Shown here: piece by piece, positions 1 through 9,351 of the stretch
How positions within the stretch are numbered: the stretch's first letter is position 1
Layout: each line of letters opens with the position of its first letter
The notes under the pieces: model-generated
The model's database searches: none
Told to the model about the DNA's origin: nothing
The model's input: only the letters and a program-made list of their open reading frames with translations
Program-made: the position numbers and the translations under genes
From: an uncultured archaeon
GTDB taxonomy: Archaea; Altiarchaeota; Altiarchaeia; IMC4; QMZM01
Assembly: GCA_964549685.1 (NCBI GenBank)
Contig: CAZJVE010000005.1
Location: forward strand, 4,579 to 59,006
Length of the DNA: 54,428 bases
Reading direction: 5' to 3'

Positions 1-2
1 AG

Positions 3-167
3 GCAGCAAAGCTGCTCGGGAAGAAGGTCGAGTGGAAGACTCCGAGCGGGAAGATACTGGTCGGAAAGATAAGCAGGGTACATGGCAGAAAGGGAGAGGT
101 CGTTGCAAGGTTCAAGAAGGGCCTGCCGGGCCAGGCCCTAGGGACTGAGATTGAGATTAAGGAGTGA
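3..167 (+). CDS. rpl35ae: 50S ribosomal protein L35Ae, 3' part (5' end outside window)
   Basis: Hand translation [54 protein letters not shown]; HG..G.V.ARF...LPGQALG is the L35Ae C-terminal motif. Confidence 0.9.
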   Translation, partial: AAKLLGKKVEWKTPSGKILVGKISRVHGRKGEVVARFKKGLPGQALGTEIEIKE

Positions 168-172
168 ACCGG

Positions 173-265
173 TTGAATTCCCCGATGAATTTACTGGTGA
201 ATTCAAGGTGCACTCAACCCCGAAGGGGTTGACGTGCGCCAAAGTGTGAACTGATTTTGCAGTTC
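173..265. other. Three back-to-back stem-loops between rpl35ae and tRNA-Phe
   Basis: TTGAATTC(173-180)/GAATTCAA(199-206); GGTGCAC-TCAACCCC-GAA-GGGGTTGA-C-GTGCGCC (207-240); GAACTG(248-253)/CAGTTC(260-265). Confidence 0.55.
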
Positions 266-266
266 C

Positions 267-340
267 GCCGCTGTAGCTCAGACTGGGAGAGCACCTGGCT
301 GAAGACCAGGGTGTCGCGAGTTCAAATCTCGCCGGCGGCA
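267..340 (+). tRNA. tRNA-Phe(GAA), intronless, CCA not encoded
   Basis: Acceptor GCCGCTG/CGGCGGC + discriminator A; D arm GCTC..GAGC; anticodon arm CCTGG-CT-GAA-GA-CCAGG; T loop GTTCAAATC. Confidence 0.97.
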
Positions 341-341
341 T

Positions 342-881
342 ATGGGCGGGAAGATAGATGCTCTTAAGAAAAGGGTGGAGAACATTACAAAGCTGGAAGG
401 CGATGACCTCCTTCCCGGCGAAAAGCTTCTCTACGATAGCTTCGCCTCATGGTATAGCGAGGCATCTACACTTATTCTGTCGGGGGTTGCCCTCATCATA
501 GCTTTTCTGGTCGTGATATACGTCCTGATAGCGAAAATCAGCTCATTCGTTCTCCTTGTTCCCGGGATTATGCTCTTTGCCTCCTTCCTGTTGATATGGA
601 TATCTGCCCATAGCCATTACTCCGTGAGGTATTTCATTACCTCGGAAAGAGTGCTGAAGAGGTATGGACTTATGAGCAAGCATCTCGACGGAGTTCCGTA
701 TGACAAGATACAGAACATAGAGATGCACAAGAAGCTCGGGGAGAAGCTGGTGGATATAGGCGATATCTCTATAGATGTTGCAGGAGGTCCGGGTTTGGAA
801 TTGGTCATGAGCAATCTCCCGGACCCAGAGAAGCCGCACAGGCTGATAAACGATATGATGATGTCTAAGAATAGGTTATAA
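342..881 (+). CDS. Membrane protein with bacterial-type PH domain (YdbS-like)
   Basis: Two TM helices followed by Y.IT.ERV....G......VPYDKIQNI......GDI.I..AG pattern. Confidence 0.7.
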   Translation: MGGKIDALKKRVENITKLEGDDLLPGEKLLYDSFASWYSEASTLILSGVALIIAFLVVIYVLIAKISSFVLLVPGIMLFASFLLIWISAHSHYSVRYFITSERVLKRYGLMSKHLDGVPYDKIQNIEMHKKLGEKLVDIGDISIDVAGGPGLELVMSNLPDPEKPHRLINDMMMSKNRL

Positions 882-1757
882 CCTTCTGGCCTTCCTGTAG
901 GGAAAACCCCTTATGAGCTCATGCATCTTTTTTTCATTGACTACTACCTCGTCGCCGATTGATATTCTCAGTTCCTTCTCGACCTTTCCCATGTCAATGA
1001 CGGGGCATTTGTGCTTTGCTGAGATTTCCACTATTCTCTTGACCTCCTTTCTCGGGACGGCTATGAGGTAGGTGCCCATGTAGCGGGTGATTCTGGGGTA
1101 GGGGATGCTCCCGAGTGTAAAGCCCTTCTTGGACTTTATCAGCATCTCGGTAAGGTTGCCGAACCAGCCGCCTCTTGAGGCATCCTTGGATGCGTGGATT
1201 TCGATATTGTTCTCGATTAAATCCAAAAAGGTTTCGAATTTAACCTTTGCTCTATAAACTCTTTCGCCTATTTCCCCTTCTACAACATCCCCAAGCATGA
1301 GGATTCTGTCGCCATGCTTTGCACCGCAGTCCGGTATTGGCTTACCCACCATCTTGCCGAATACCACGAATGAGACGCAGGGCTTGAGGTCGTTCTCGAG
1401 CTGCGTATTGCCCCCCACGATTGGAACTCCCAGGCCGTTGCTCTGCTTCTTGATGTCGTTGGCTATGGACTCCGAGTCCTTTATTGAATCTACTTGCATT
1501 GAGTTTAATGCAAAAAGGGGCTTCGCGCCCATGACGACTATGTCCGAGCATGTATGGATTAAGCCGGTCTTCCTTCCTATCTTCAGGGGATAGGGGCCCT
1601 CCATATTAACGGCCCACTCTCCGATGACTGCCGCGTCGTCCCCCTGCCTGATTCCGTAGAGGAGGTTATCTACCTTATCGTCCATGTGCCAGAATACCTT
1701 CCTAACTTGATTGGTTTCAAGCATGTGACCGATGGCCCTTTTTATTTCGGACTTCAT
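876..1757 (-). CDS. AIR synthase-related (PurM/ThiL/HypE-fold) protein
   Basis: GDDAAV, SDIVVMGAKP, IVGGNT and KDASRGG motifs. Confidence 0.75.
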   Translation of the reverse strand: MKSEIKRAIGHMLETNQVRKVFWHMDDKVDNLLYGIRQGDDAAVIGEWAVNMEGPYPLKIGRKTGLIHTCSDIVVMGAKPLFALNSMQVDSIKDSESIANDIKKQSNGLGVPIVGGNTQLENDLKPCVSFVVFGKMVGKPIPDCGAKHGDRILMLGDVVEGEIGERVYRAKVKFETFLDLIENNIEIHASKDASRGGWFGNLTEMLIKSKKGFTLGSIPYPRITRYMGTYLIAVPRKEVKRIVEISAKHKCPVIDMGKVEKELRISIGDEVVVNEKKMHELIRGFPYRKARRL

Positions 1758-1812
1758 TGTTGCTAAATATATAAAGCCTAAAGTTAAAATTAAAGAGGAC
1801 GAGGTGATTTCA

Positions 1813-2331
1813 ATGAGTAAGCTGTGGAGATGTGAGATATGTGGAGACCCCTACATAGGGGATGAGGCGCCCGCGAACTGCCCGTTCTGCGGGGCGAAGA
1901 GGGATTATATGAAGGAGGCCAAAGAGGCCAATGTGAATTTTGATGTCGAGTTGAACGAGAAGGACAAGGCCAATGCAGAGAAAGCTCTGCAGGTCGAGAT
2001 AAGCAATGCCGCGTTTTATTTCTGCGCTGCCGGAAAGACGGATGATGATGAAGGAAAGCTTCTGTTCAAGGCGCTGGGCAAGGTCGAGGCAGAGCACGCA
2101 AGCGTCTGGAGGAAGATACTGAAGCTCGATTCAATCTCGAAGGGGGATGATACCTGCCACATCAGCAACAAAGAGAACCTGGAGGACTCCCATGCAAGGG
2201 AAACAAGAGCAATAGAATTCTACAAGCAGGCTGCTGCCGAATCGGAGAACGAACGAGTTAGAGAGATATTCAAGGCGTTCGTTGAGGTGGAAACCGACCA
2301 CCTGCAGCTTTCAGAAGAGAGATTGAAATGA
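1813..2331 (+). CDS. Rubredoxin-domain ferritin-like protein (reverse rubrerythrin type)
   Basis: N-terminal CEICG...CPFCG, then E..EAEH / E..ETDH di-iron motifs; start placed at ATG 1813 after GAGGTG RBS. Confidence 0.85.
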   Translation: MSKLWRCEICGDPYIGDEAPANCPFCGAKRDYMKEAKEANVNFDVELNEKDKANAEKALQVEISNAAFYFCAAGKTDDDEGKLLFKALGKVEAEHASVWRKILKLDSISKGDDTCHISNKENLEDSHARETRAIEFYKQAAAESENERVREIFKAFVEVETDHLQLSEERLK

Positions 2332-2471
2332 GCAAGCGGTTCTGGAGGTGCAATGTCTGCAATGACATTCACTACGGGATAGCGGGGCCTAAGGTCTGCC
2401 CCACCTGCCAGGTAGAGAATGCCTACGTTGAGATAGACGAGAAAGAGGCGGAGTTCGTGATGGGATTATGA
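2328..2471 (+). CDS. Small rubredoxin-like protein (47 aa; not in ORF track)
   Basis: MSKRFWRCNVCNDIHYGIAGPKVCPTCQVENAYVEIDEKEAEFVMGL*; ATGA overlaps with both neighbours. Confidence 0.85.
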   Translation: MSKRFWRCNVCNDIHYGIAGPKVCPTCQVENAYVEIDEKEAEFVMGL

Positions 2472-2734
2472 ACAAAGAAGAATTGATAAAGGTCTGGGAG
2501 AATTTTGCAAAGGATAATGACTTTATGCTGAATTCTGACAGCAGTCATGTTGATGGAGTCGCTGATGGAGTTCTCGATAACGAGAAGAACCAGGGGTTGA
2601 AGCTCTGTCCCTGCAGGATTGGCGATGGTACGAGGGAAAGAAATCTCGAGCTTCTTTGTCCCTGTAACTTCAAGACTCATGAAACCTGGAGCAAGGAAGG
2701 CAGATGCTGGTGCGGTCTGTTTGTAAAAAGATAA
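2468..2734 (+). CDS. Ferredoxin-thioredoxin reductase catalytic-subunit-like protein
   Basis: CPC...CPC...CWC triad and C-terminal GLF. Confidence 0.85.
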   Translation: MNKEELIKVWENFAKDNDFMLNSDSSHVDGVADGVLDNEKNQGLKLCPCRIGDGTRERNLELLCPCNFKTHETWSKEGRCWCGLFVKR

Positions 2735-2737
2735 TTA

Positions 2738-2799
2738 TGGCAATCAGTTCGCCCATCAATCATCATGTATCAGCGGTTGTTCGTTTCATCACATTGCCA
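2738..2799 (-). ncRNA. C/D box methylation-guide sRNA
   Basis: Minus strand: TGGCAA-T-GTGATGA(C)-AACGAACAACCG-CTGA(D')-TAC-ATGATGA(C')-TTGATGGGCGAA-CTGA(D)-TTGCCA; all four boxes consensus, two 12-nt guides, 6-bp terminal stem. Confidence 0.92.
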
Positions 2800-2833
2800 C
2801 TATCTATTTTGGATTAGATTCTAATATTTCATC

Positions 2834-4378
2834 ATGGTACACTGGACCGACCTCGTTACGGAGAAACTGCTGCAGAGAGGTAAGGAGCATGTCATAGAGA
2901 CAGGTACCTCAATATCGGGAATCCCCCATGTCGGAAATGCCTCGGATGTGATTAGGGGCGACGCTGTGAGAAAGGTCCTTGAGGAGGAGAAGGCGAAGGT
3001 GGGATTCATCTGGGTTGCTGACGATTGCGACCCCTTCAGGAAGGTGCCCAAGGGGATGGAGTCGCTGAAGGAGTACCTGGGTCATCCCGTCAAGGACATC
3101 CCGGACCCGGACGGTTGTCATGGTGGCTTTGTGGAACACCACGTTACACAGTTCCTGGGGGATTTGAAGGAGTTCGGAGTGGAGCCGAAGGTATATTCTG
3201 CGACTGAGCTCTATAGGAAAGGGGAATTTTATGAGGGCATTAAGACTGCAATGAGTAATTCCGAAAAAATCATTGAAATCTTAAATAAATTTAGAAAGGA
3301 ACCCCTTCCCAAGGATACAATTCTCTGGAGCCCGGTCTGCGAGAAGTGCGGGAATATCTCCACCACCAAAGCCGTCGGGATTGACGACGATTCTGTCAGG
3401 TATAAGTGCGAGGACACGGAGATTTCCGGCGGAAAGGTGAAGGGCTGCGGTTTTGAGGGCGATAGCAGCCTCAAGAAAGGGCACGGGAAGCTACCCTGGA
3501 GGGTTGAGTGGGCTGTGAGGTGGGCGCACTTCAAGGTGACCTGCGAGCCATTGGGGAAGGAGCACGCCTCGGCAGGGGGGTCGTTCTGGAGCGCCAAGGA
3601 GGTCTGCAAGGAGGTCTTTGGGTGGGAGCCACCGATTCCGGTCATCTATGAATTCTTCACCCTGAACGGGGAGAAGATTTCCTCGTCGAAGGGTAACGTC
3701 ATAACGCTGGGCGACTGGCTCAAAATCTGCGAGCCCGAGGCCCTGAAGTTCTTCATGTACAAGAGGCTGCAGAAGCAAAGGGACATAAACCTTGCCAGGA
3801 TTCCGGCCACGGTGGATGAGTATGACAATGCCGAGAGGATTTATTTCGGGCAGGATAAGGGCGAGGATATTGAAACAAGGATGTACTGGCTTTCCCAGGT
3901 CTCCAAGCCGAGGTTTCTTGGGGTTCCGTTTACGCTCTGTGCTGTTCTTGCCCAGGTCGTTCCTGACCTGGATATGAAGGAAATATCGAAGAGGCTGGAG
4001 AATTCCGGCTATGAGAAATTCGATATGAAGAGATTGGAATTAAGACTAAACCTGGCAAGGGAATGGAACAAAAGCCATGGACCGGAGTATCTGAATTTCA
4101 AGCTAATAGACGGGAAGGAGGCAGCAAAGGCAAAGCTGGATAATAAACAGAAAGAAGGACTCAAAATTATCGCCGGGGAATTGGATAAAAAATTTACACC
4201 CAAAGAACTACATAAAAGAATCTACGAGATTGCGAGGGAGATTGAACTGGAGCCGGAGAAGCTCTTTGAGGCCATCTATCTCGTCTTGATAGGTAAGGTG
4301 AAGGGTCCCAAGGCCGCTATGTTCCTTCTCAGTCTTGAGAAGGATTTTGTAAAGGGAAGACTGGCTTTTAACGAATAA
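2834..4378 (+). CDS. lysS: Lysyl-tRNA synthetase, class I
   Basis: HW.D N-terminus, SG.PHVGN, GKL.WRVEW..RW, KISSSKGN. Confidence 0.95.
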   Translation: MVHWTDLVTEKLLQRGKEHVIETGTSISGIPHVGNASDVIRGDAVRKVLEEEKAKVGFIWVADDCDPFRKVPKGMESLKEYLGHPVKDIPDPDGCHGGFVEHHVTQFLGDLKEFGVEPKVYSATELYRKGEFYEGIKTAMSNSEKIIEILNKFRKEPLPKDTILWSPVCEKCGNISTTKAVGIDDDSVRYKCEDTEISGGKVKGCGFEGDSSLKKGHGKLPWRVEWAVRWAHFKVTCEPLGKEHASAGGSFWSAKEVCKEVFGWEPPIPVIYEFFTLNGEKISSSKGNVITLGDWLKICEPEALKFFMYKRLQKQRDINLARIPATVDEYDNAERIYFGQDKGEDIETRMYWLSQVSKPRFLGVPFTLCAVLAQVVPDLDMKEISKRLENSGYEKFDMKRLELRLNLAREWNKSHGPEYLNFKLIDGKEAAKAKLDNKQKEGLKIIAGELDKKFTPKELHKRIYEIAREIELEPEKLFEAIYLVLIGKVKGPKAAMFLLSLEKDFVKGRLAFNE

Positions 4379-4395
4379 TCCTATATAATTAAAAA

Positions 4396-5124
4396 ATGTT
4401 CAAAGCGCTTATTTCAGACACCAAGGCGTGGAAGAGTTCTATAGAGGCCATTGCGTCTTTGATAGACGAGGGTACGCTGCAGATAGCAAAGACCGGTCTG
4501 AAGCTCAGGGCCATGGACCCGTCGCAGATAGCTCTCGTGGATTTTAAGATGCCGGAGTCCTCATTTGAGAAGTACGAGGTTGAGAAGGAAACCAGCATAG
4601 ACATAGACTTTGCCGAGCTCTCGAAGATTACCAAAAGAGCAAGGGCCGAGGACAAGATAGAGCTTTCCCTTGACAAGAAGTTCACCATGAACTTTGTTGG
4701 AGAAACGAAGAGGCGGTTCAATCTGGGGATAATAGAATCAACGACCCAGGCGCCGAAGGAGCCGTCAATTGAATTTACTGCTGAGATCAAGATTGGAGCC
4801 AGTGTACTGAAGGAGGCCCTCAAGGATTCTGAGCTAGTTAGTAATCATATATCAATTTCTGCTGATGAGGGTTTCACTATCAAGGCTGAGGGAGATACCG
4901 GTTCTGTTGACATAGAAATTCCGAAGGAGAGTATAATGGGCATAGATGTCAAGGAGAAGGCAAGGGCAGTCTTTTCTCTCGACCAGCTGGACAGTCTCCT
5001 GAGGGCAGCAGACCAGGGGAGTATCATTATGCTCAAACTGAGGAGCGACGCCCCCTTAAAGCTTGAATATGCGATTGGTGAGGGCAGAGTTGTCTATTAT
5101 CTAGCTCCGAGAATAGAATCATAG
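4396..5124 (+). CDS. pcn: DNA sliding clamp PCNA
   Basis: LRAMDPSQIALVD and C-terminal YYLAPRIE. Confidence 0.97.
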   Translation: MFKALISDTKAWKSSIEAIASLIDEGTLQIAKTGLKLRAMDPSQIALVDFKMPESSFEKYEVEKETSIDIDFAELSKITKRARAEDKIELSLDKKFTMNFVGETKRRFNLGIIESTTQAPKEPSIEFTAEIKIGASVLKEALKDSELVSNHISISADEGFTIKAEGDTGSVDIEIPKESIMGIDVKEKARAVFSLDQLDSLLRAADQGSIIMLKLRSDAPLKLEYAIGEGRVVYYLAPRIES

Positions 5125-5231
5125 AATAGATAGTGAAATTTTCTGATTACTGTTTCTGTGCTGATTGTAATCCACATAAGCCTTTGCTATGTGGGACAGC
5201 GGCTAAGGGGGATATTCCCTTTCTATGGGGG

Positions 5232-6419
5232 TTAGAGTTCGGTTCCCAGGGCCTCGGCAACGACAAAGACGTCCTTGTCGCCCCTGCCTGAAAGGTTTAT
5301 GACTACTATGCTGTCCTTGTCCATCCCCTTTGCTGTTTCTACTGCATCGTATATGGCGTGGGAGGATTCGAGAGCAGGGATTATGCCTTCGGTTTCACAA
5401 AGAAGCTTCACCGCCTCCAGCGCCTGCTCATCAGTTACTGAAGTGGGTTGAATCCTTCCCTCCTTTGCAAGATGGCTCAGCTCTGGGCCTACACCAGGGT
5501 AGTCAAGGCCGGCTGAGATTGAATATGAAACCTTAATCTGCCCGAATTCGTCCTGAAGCAGTCTTGAATTCATCCCATGTAAGACTCCGTCTGTCCCTGC
5601 AGAGAGGGTTGCGCCGTGCTCCCCAGTCTTGATTCCCTTTCCTGCTGCCTCGACGCCGATTAATTCTACATTCTTTTCCTCAATGAAGTCGTAGAATATT
5701 CCCATGGAATTGCTTCCCCCTCCGACGCATGCGAAGATTTTATCTGGAAGTCTGCCTTCCTTCTCCTGGATTTGTTCCTTCGTCTCCTTTCCTATGACGC
5801 GCTGGAATTCCCTGACTATCAAGGGATAAGGATGTGGACCGACTATGGAGCCAATGAGATAATGAGTATCTTTTACGTTTGCCAACCAATCCCTCATGGC
5901 CTCGTTGATTGCATCCTTGAGTGTACAGGAGCCGGATTCAACGGGAATTACTTTGGCTCCCAGCAGATTCATCCTGAAGACATTCAGCTTCTGCCTTTCA
6001 ATGTCCTCGGTTCCCATGTACACCTCGCATTCAAGGCCCATTGCTGATGCCGCTATTGCTGTTGCGACTCCGTGCTGGCCGGCCCCTGTCTCTGCTATGA
6101 GTCTGGTTTTGCCCATCCTCTTTGCCAGCAGGGCCTGTCCGAGGGTGTTGTTCAGCTTGTGGGCCCCGCCATGAACTAGGTCCTCCCTCTTCAGATAGAT
6201 TTTTGCTCCGCCCGTCTTCTTGGTGAGGTTGTTTGCAAGGTATAAAGGAGTAGGTCTGCCGGCAAATTCTGTTAGATAATAATTTAGTTCCTGCAGGAAT
6301 TTTTCATCATTCCTGAATTTCTCGAATCCTTTCTCCAGCTCTTCGAGTGCGGGCATCAGTACCTCTGGGGCGAATCTGCCCCCGTATTCTCCGAACCTTC
6401 CTAGCTTATTTGGTAGCAT
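5232..6419 (-). CDS. trpB: Tryptophan synthase beta chain (TrpB1 type)
   Basis: [15 protein letters not shown] (PLP lysine), [29 protein letters not shown]. Confidence 0.97.
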   Translation of the reverse strand: MLPNKLGRFGEYGGRFAPEVLMPALEELEKGFEKFRNDEKFLQELNYYLTEFAGRPTPLYLANNLTKKTGGAKIYLKREDLVHGGAHKLNNTLGQALLAKRMGKTRLIAETGAGQHGVATAIAASAMGLECEVYMGTEDIERQKLNVFRMNLLGAKVIPVESGSCTLKDAINEAMRDWLANVKDTHYLIGSIVGPHPYPLIVREFQRVIGKETKEQIQEKEGRLPDKIFACVGGGSNSMGIFYDFIEEKNVELIGVEAAGKGIKTGEHGATLSAGTDGVLHGMNSRLLQDEFGQIKVSYSISAGLDYPGVGPELSHLAKEGRIQPTSVTDEQALEAVKLLCETEGIIPALESSHAIYDAVETAKGMDKDSIVVINLSGRGDKDVFVVAEALGTEL

Positions 6420-7032
6420 TTTGAATGAAATTCTTTATCTTTTCCGGGTCCTTTATTCCCGGTGAGGATTCTACTCCGCTGGCTACGTCGACTGCATAGG
6501 GCTTTACCTCTTTTATTGCTTCCGCAACATTATCTGGGTTTAGTCCCCCGGCGAGGATTACGGGCTTGTCGATGGACTCCACTATCTTCCTGCTGACGCT
6601 CCAGTCGTGGGTCGTGCCTGTTCCGCCCATCGTGCCTTTGACCTTGGTGTCTAGGAGGATTGCATTGACTATATCGGAATATGACCTTGCCAGGTCAATG
6701 CTCTCTTCACCTGTAACAGGAATTTGTTTTATGATATTAAGATTTGAACTTTCTTTTATTTCTCTTACGAATTCGGGGCTTTCCTCCCCGTGGAGCTGGA
6801 TGTGGTCTGCTCCGGTCTCCTCTATCTTTTCGACCTCGGCAAGATTAGCCGGGGCAGCAACGACTACCCTTGAAACAAAGGGCGGGACTGAACGGAATAT
6901 TTCTCTTGCCTTCTCCAAGTCCGTGAATCTCTTTGACTCTTTGACATTGACTATGCCAATTGCATCCGCTCCAAACTCTGATGCAAGTAATGCGTCTTCT
7001 TTCCGGGTTATTCCGCAAATCTTGACTCTCAT
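6406..7032 (-). CDS. trpF: Phosphoribosylanthranilate isomerase
   Basis: [31 protein letters not shown]. Confidence 0.96.
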   Translation of the reverse strand: MRVKICGITRKEDALLASEFGADAIGIVNVKESKRFTDLEKAREIFRSVPPFVSRVVVAAPANLAEVEKIEETGADHIQLHGEESPEFVREIKESSNLNIIKQIPVTGEESIDLARSYSDIVNAILLDTKVKGTMGGTGTTHDWSVSRKIVESIDKPVILAGGLNPDNVAEAIKEVKPYAVDVASGVESSPGIKDPEKIKNFIQNATK

Positions 7033-7763
7033 TTTCCTGTGAATTCCCTGAGCCTTTCCTCTATGTTTTCCGACTTCATTATTCCCGTTCCTATGAGGGC
7101 CGCGTGGGCTCCCGCAGCAAGGACTTTGTCAAGGTCATCTCTTGTGAGGATTCCGCTCTCGCTGACTATGGTTCGGTCCTTGGGAATCTTTGGAGCCAGG
7201 CGCTCTGTAGTGCCTAAGTCAGTCTCCATAGTCTCAAGGTCCCTGTTGTTTATGCCGATTAATTTTGAATTTGAATTAATAGCAAATTCTAAATCTTCCT
7301 CATCATGAATCTCAACCAATGTCTCTAGGTTGAGTGAATGAGCAATGTCGACAAACTCTTTCGTCCTCTCCTTCAATAATTTTGCAATCAGCAGGATTGC
7401 ATCGGCTCCGTTGCCGTGGCTTTCATAAATCTGAAATTCGTCAACAATAAATTCCTTTCTCATTACAGGAATATTAACAGAATTCTTTACCTGCCTTAAA
7501 TCACATATCCTTCCATCAAAATTCTTGTCCGTCAGGACGGAGATTGCGCAGGCCCCGGCCTTCTCGAGCAGCTTTGCTGCCTCCTTTGGCTCAATTTCGC
7601 TTACTTTGCCTGCTGAAGGGCTCGCCTTCTTTGTTTCGGCGATGATGGGGATTCTCCCAGTCCCTTTGGCTTTCTCTATTGCCAATATCAATGACCTTCG
7701 CTCCTTCAGCCCTTCGATTTCCTTTGCCTTCTCAGCACCAATCTTATCAAATTCAAATGTCAT
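7029..7763 (-). CDS. trpC: Indole-3-glycerol phosphate synthase
   Basis: IAETKKASPS, ISVLTD, GINNRDL, VSESGI. Confidence 0.95.
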   Translation of the reverse strand: MTFEFDKIGAEKAKEIEGLKERRSLILAIEKAKGTGRIPIIAETKKASPSAGKVSEIEPKEAAKLLEKAGACAISVLTDKNFDGRICDLRQVKNSVNIPVMRKEFIVDEFQIYESHGNGADAILLIAKLLKERTKEFVDIAHSLNLETLVEIHDEEDLEFAINSNSKLIGINNRDLETMETDLGTTERLAPKIPKDRTIVSESGILTRDDLDKVLAAGAHAALIGTGIMKSENIEERLREFTGK

Positions 7764-8770
7764 TTTGTGAAATTAACTAATTCCTCCAGTTTCTTCTGGG
7801 CCTTGCCGCTCTCGAGGGAGTCTCTTGCTACTTCCATTCCCTCGGTCAGGTTGTCGGCCTTCCCTCCTACGAGGATTCCTGCCGCGGCGTTGAGGAGGGT
7901 TATGTCTTTTCTTGGGCCAGTGTCCTCTCCCGCAAGGATTTTTTTCAGAATCTCTGCGTTGTCCTTGGCAGAGCCGCCGGCAATGTCCTCTTCCCTCGCT
8001 ATCGAAAGGCCGAATTCCCCGGGATTTATGAGGTAAGTATTTACTTCGCCATCCTTCAGCTCCGAGACCTTCGTCTTTCCGAGGGTTGATAACTCGTCAA
8101 GGCCCGGGTCGCCGTGGGCCACGATGGCTGATTCAAGTCCAAGGAGCTTGAAGACATTGGCGAGAGTCTCCGTCAACTCAGGGTCGAAGACCCCCATGAG
8201 CTGGGCCCTGGCATTTGCGGGATTCGTCAATGGGCCGAGGATGTTGAAGACCGTCCTGAATCCGAGCTGCTTCCTTACAGGCATTACGTGCTTCATCGCC
8301 GAGTGGTGCATCGGGGCGAACATGAAACCGATTCCCACCTTCTCAATGGATTCTTTGATTTTATCAAAATCAGAATTCAAATTTACACCTAATTCCTCAA
8401 GGACGTCGGCAGAGCCAGACTTCGATGTCAGCGCTCTATTGCCGTGCTTTGCTATGGGGATTCCCGCTCCTGCGACGACGAACATGGAGGTCGTCGAGAT
8501 GTTGAAGGTATTCAGCATATCCCCCCCTGTGCCGCATACATCAACCAGGGTTCCATCAACCTTCGGCTCAATCCTAGAGGCGAATTCCCTCATTATCTTC
8601 GCGAGGGATGCTATCTCCTCAGAGGATTCACCCTTCATTCTCAATGCAGTCAGAAAGGCTGAGATTTCTGTCTCATTTGAATCCCCACCCATAATCGTCT
8701 TCATTGCAGATTCGGCTTCCTCTGCAGTCAGATTCTCTCCTCCAACAATTTTCGATACTATCTCCTTCAT
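7760..8770 (-). CDS. trpD: Anthranilate phosphoribosyltransferase
   Basis: D.CGTGGD, FNIST, AKHGNR, SGSAD.LE.LG. Confidence 0.96.
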   Translation of the reverse strand: MKEIVSKIVGGENLTAEEAESAMKTIMGGDSNETEISAFLTALRMKGESSEEIASLAKIMREFASRIEPKVDGTLVDVCGTGGDMLNTFNISTTSMFVVAGAGIPIAKHGNRALTSKSGSADVLEELGVNLNSDFDKIKESIEKVGIGFMFAPMHHSAMKHVMPVRKQLGFRTVFNILGPLTNPANARAQLMGVFDPELTETLANVFKLLGLESAIVAHGDPGLDELSTLGKTKVSELKDGEVNTYLINPGEFGLSIAREEDIAGGSAKDNAEILKKILAGEDTGPRKDITLLNAAAGILVGGKADNLTEGMEVARDSLESGKAQKKLEELVNFTK

Positions 8771-9351
8771 TGTTTCACCTCCAGGAAATTCTTCATTATC
8801 TTCATTCCGTCATCTGTAAGAATGGATTCTGGATGGAACTGCAGGCCATAGATTGGGAATTCCTTGTGCTTGAGCGCCATTACCTCCCCGTCGTCCTGGC
8901 TTTTTGCTGTGACCTCCAGGCAGTCTGGGAGGGATTCCTCATCCACTACAAGGGAATGGTATCTTGTTGCAATAATAGGATTTGGAATTCCCTTGAGGAT
9001 TCCTTTTCCATTATGGTCTATCTTGCTCACCTTCCCGTGCATCAGGACGTTGGCCCCCCTTATCTTTCCGCCGAAGACGTGGGCTATGCACTGGTGGCCG
9101 AGACATACTCCGAGCAGGGGAATTTTGGGGCCGAATTCTTTTATAATATCATTTGAAATCCCTGCATCCTCTGGTGTCTTTGGGCCTGGTGAGATTATGA
9201 TATGGGAAATTCCCTCCCTCTCTATAACGCACCTGACATCCTCCATCCTTGAATTGTTCTGCAGCACCACTGGATTCCCTCCCAGTATGCCAACGTACTG
9301 CACCAGGTTATAGACGAAGGAGTCTATGTTGTCTATGACTAGGGTTTTCAT
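8767..9351 (-). CDS. trpG: Anthranilate synthase component II
   Basis: IDN.DSF.YNL, SPGP, GVCLGHQ, RYHSL, QFHPES. Confidence 0.95.
   Translation of the reverse strand: MKTLVIDNIDSFVYNLVQYVGILGGNPVVLQNNSRMEDVRCVIEREGISHIIISPGPKTPEDAGISNDIIKEFGPKIPLLGVCLGHQCIAHVFGGKIRGANVLMHGKVSKIDHNGKGILKGIPNPIIATRYHSLVVDEESLPDCLEVTAKSQDDGEVMALKHKEFPIYGLQFHPESILTDDGMKIMKNFLEVKQ

Noticed and set aside
181-254. Second C/D sRNA or SECIS upstream of tRNA-Phe (GATGA...CTGA, GAA loop)
   Set aside because: C box is non-consensus, no clear C'/D' pair, and no in-frame UGA selenoprotein candidate seen nearby
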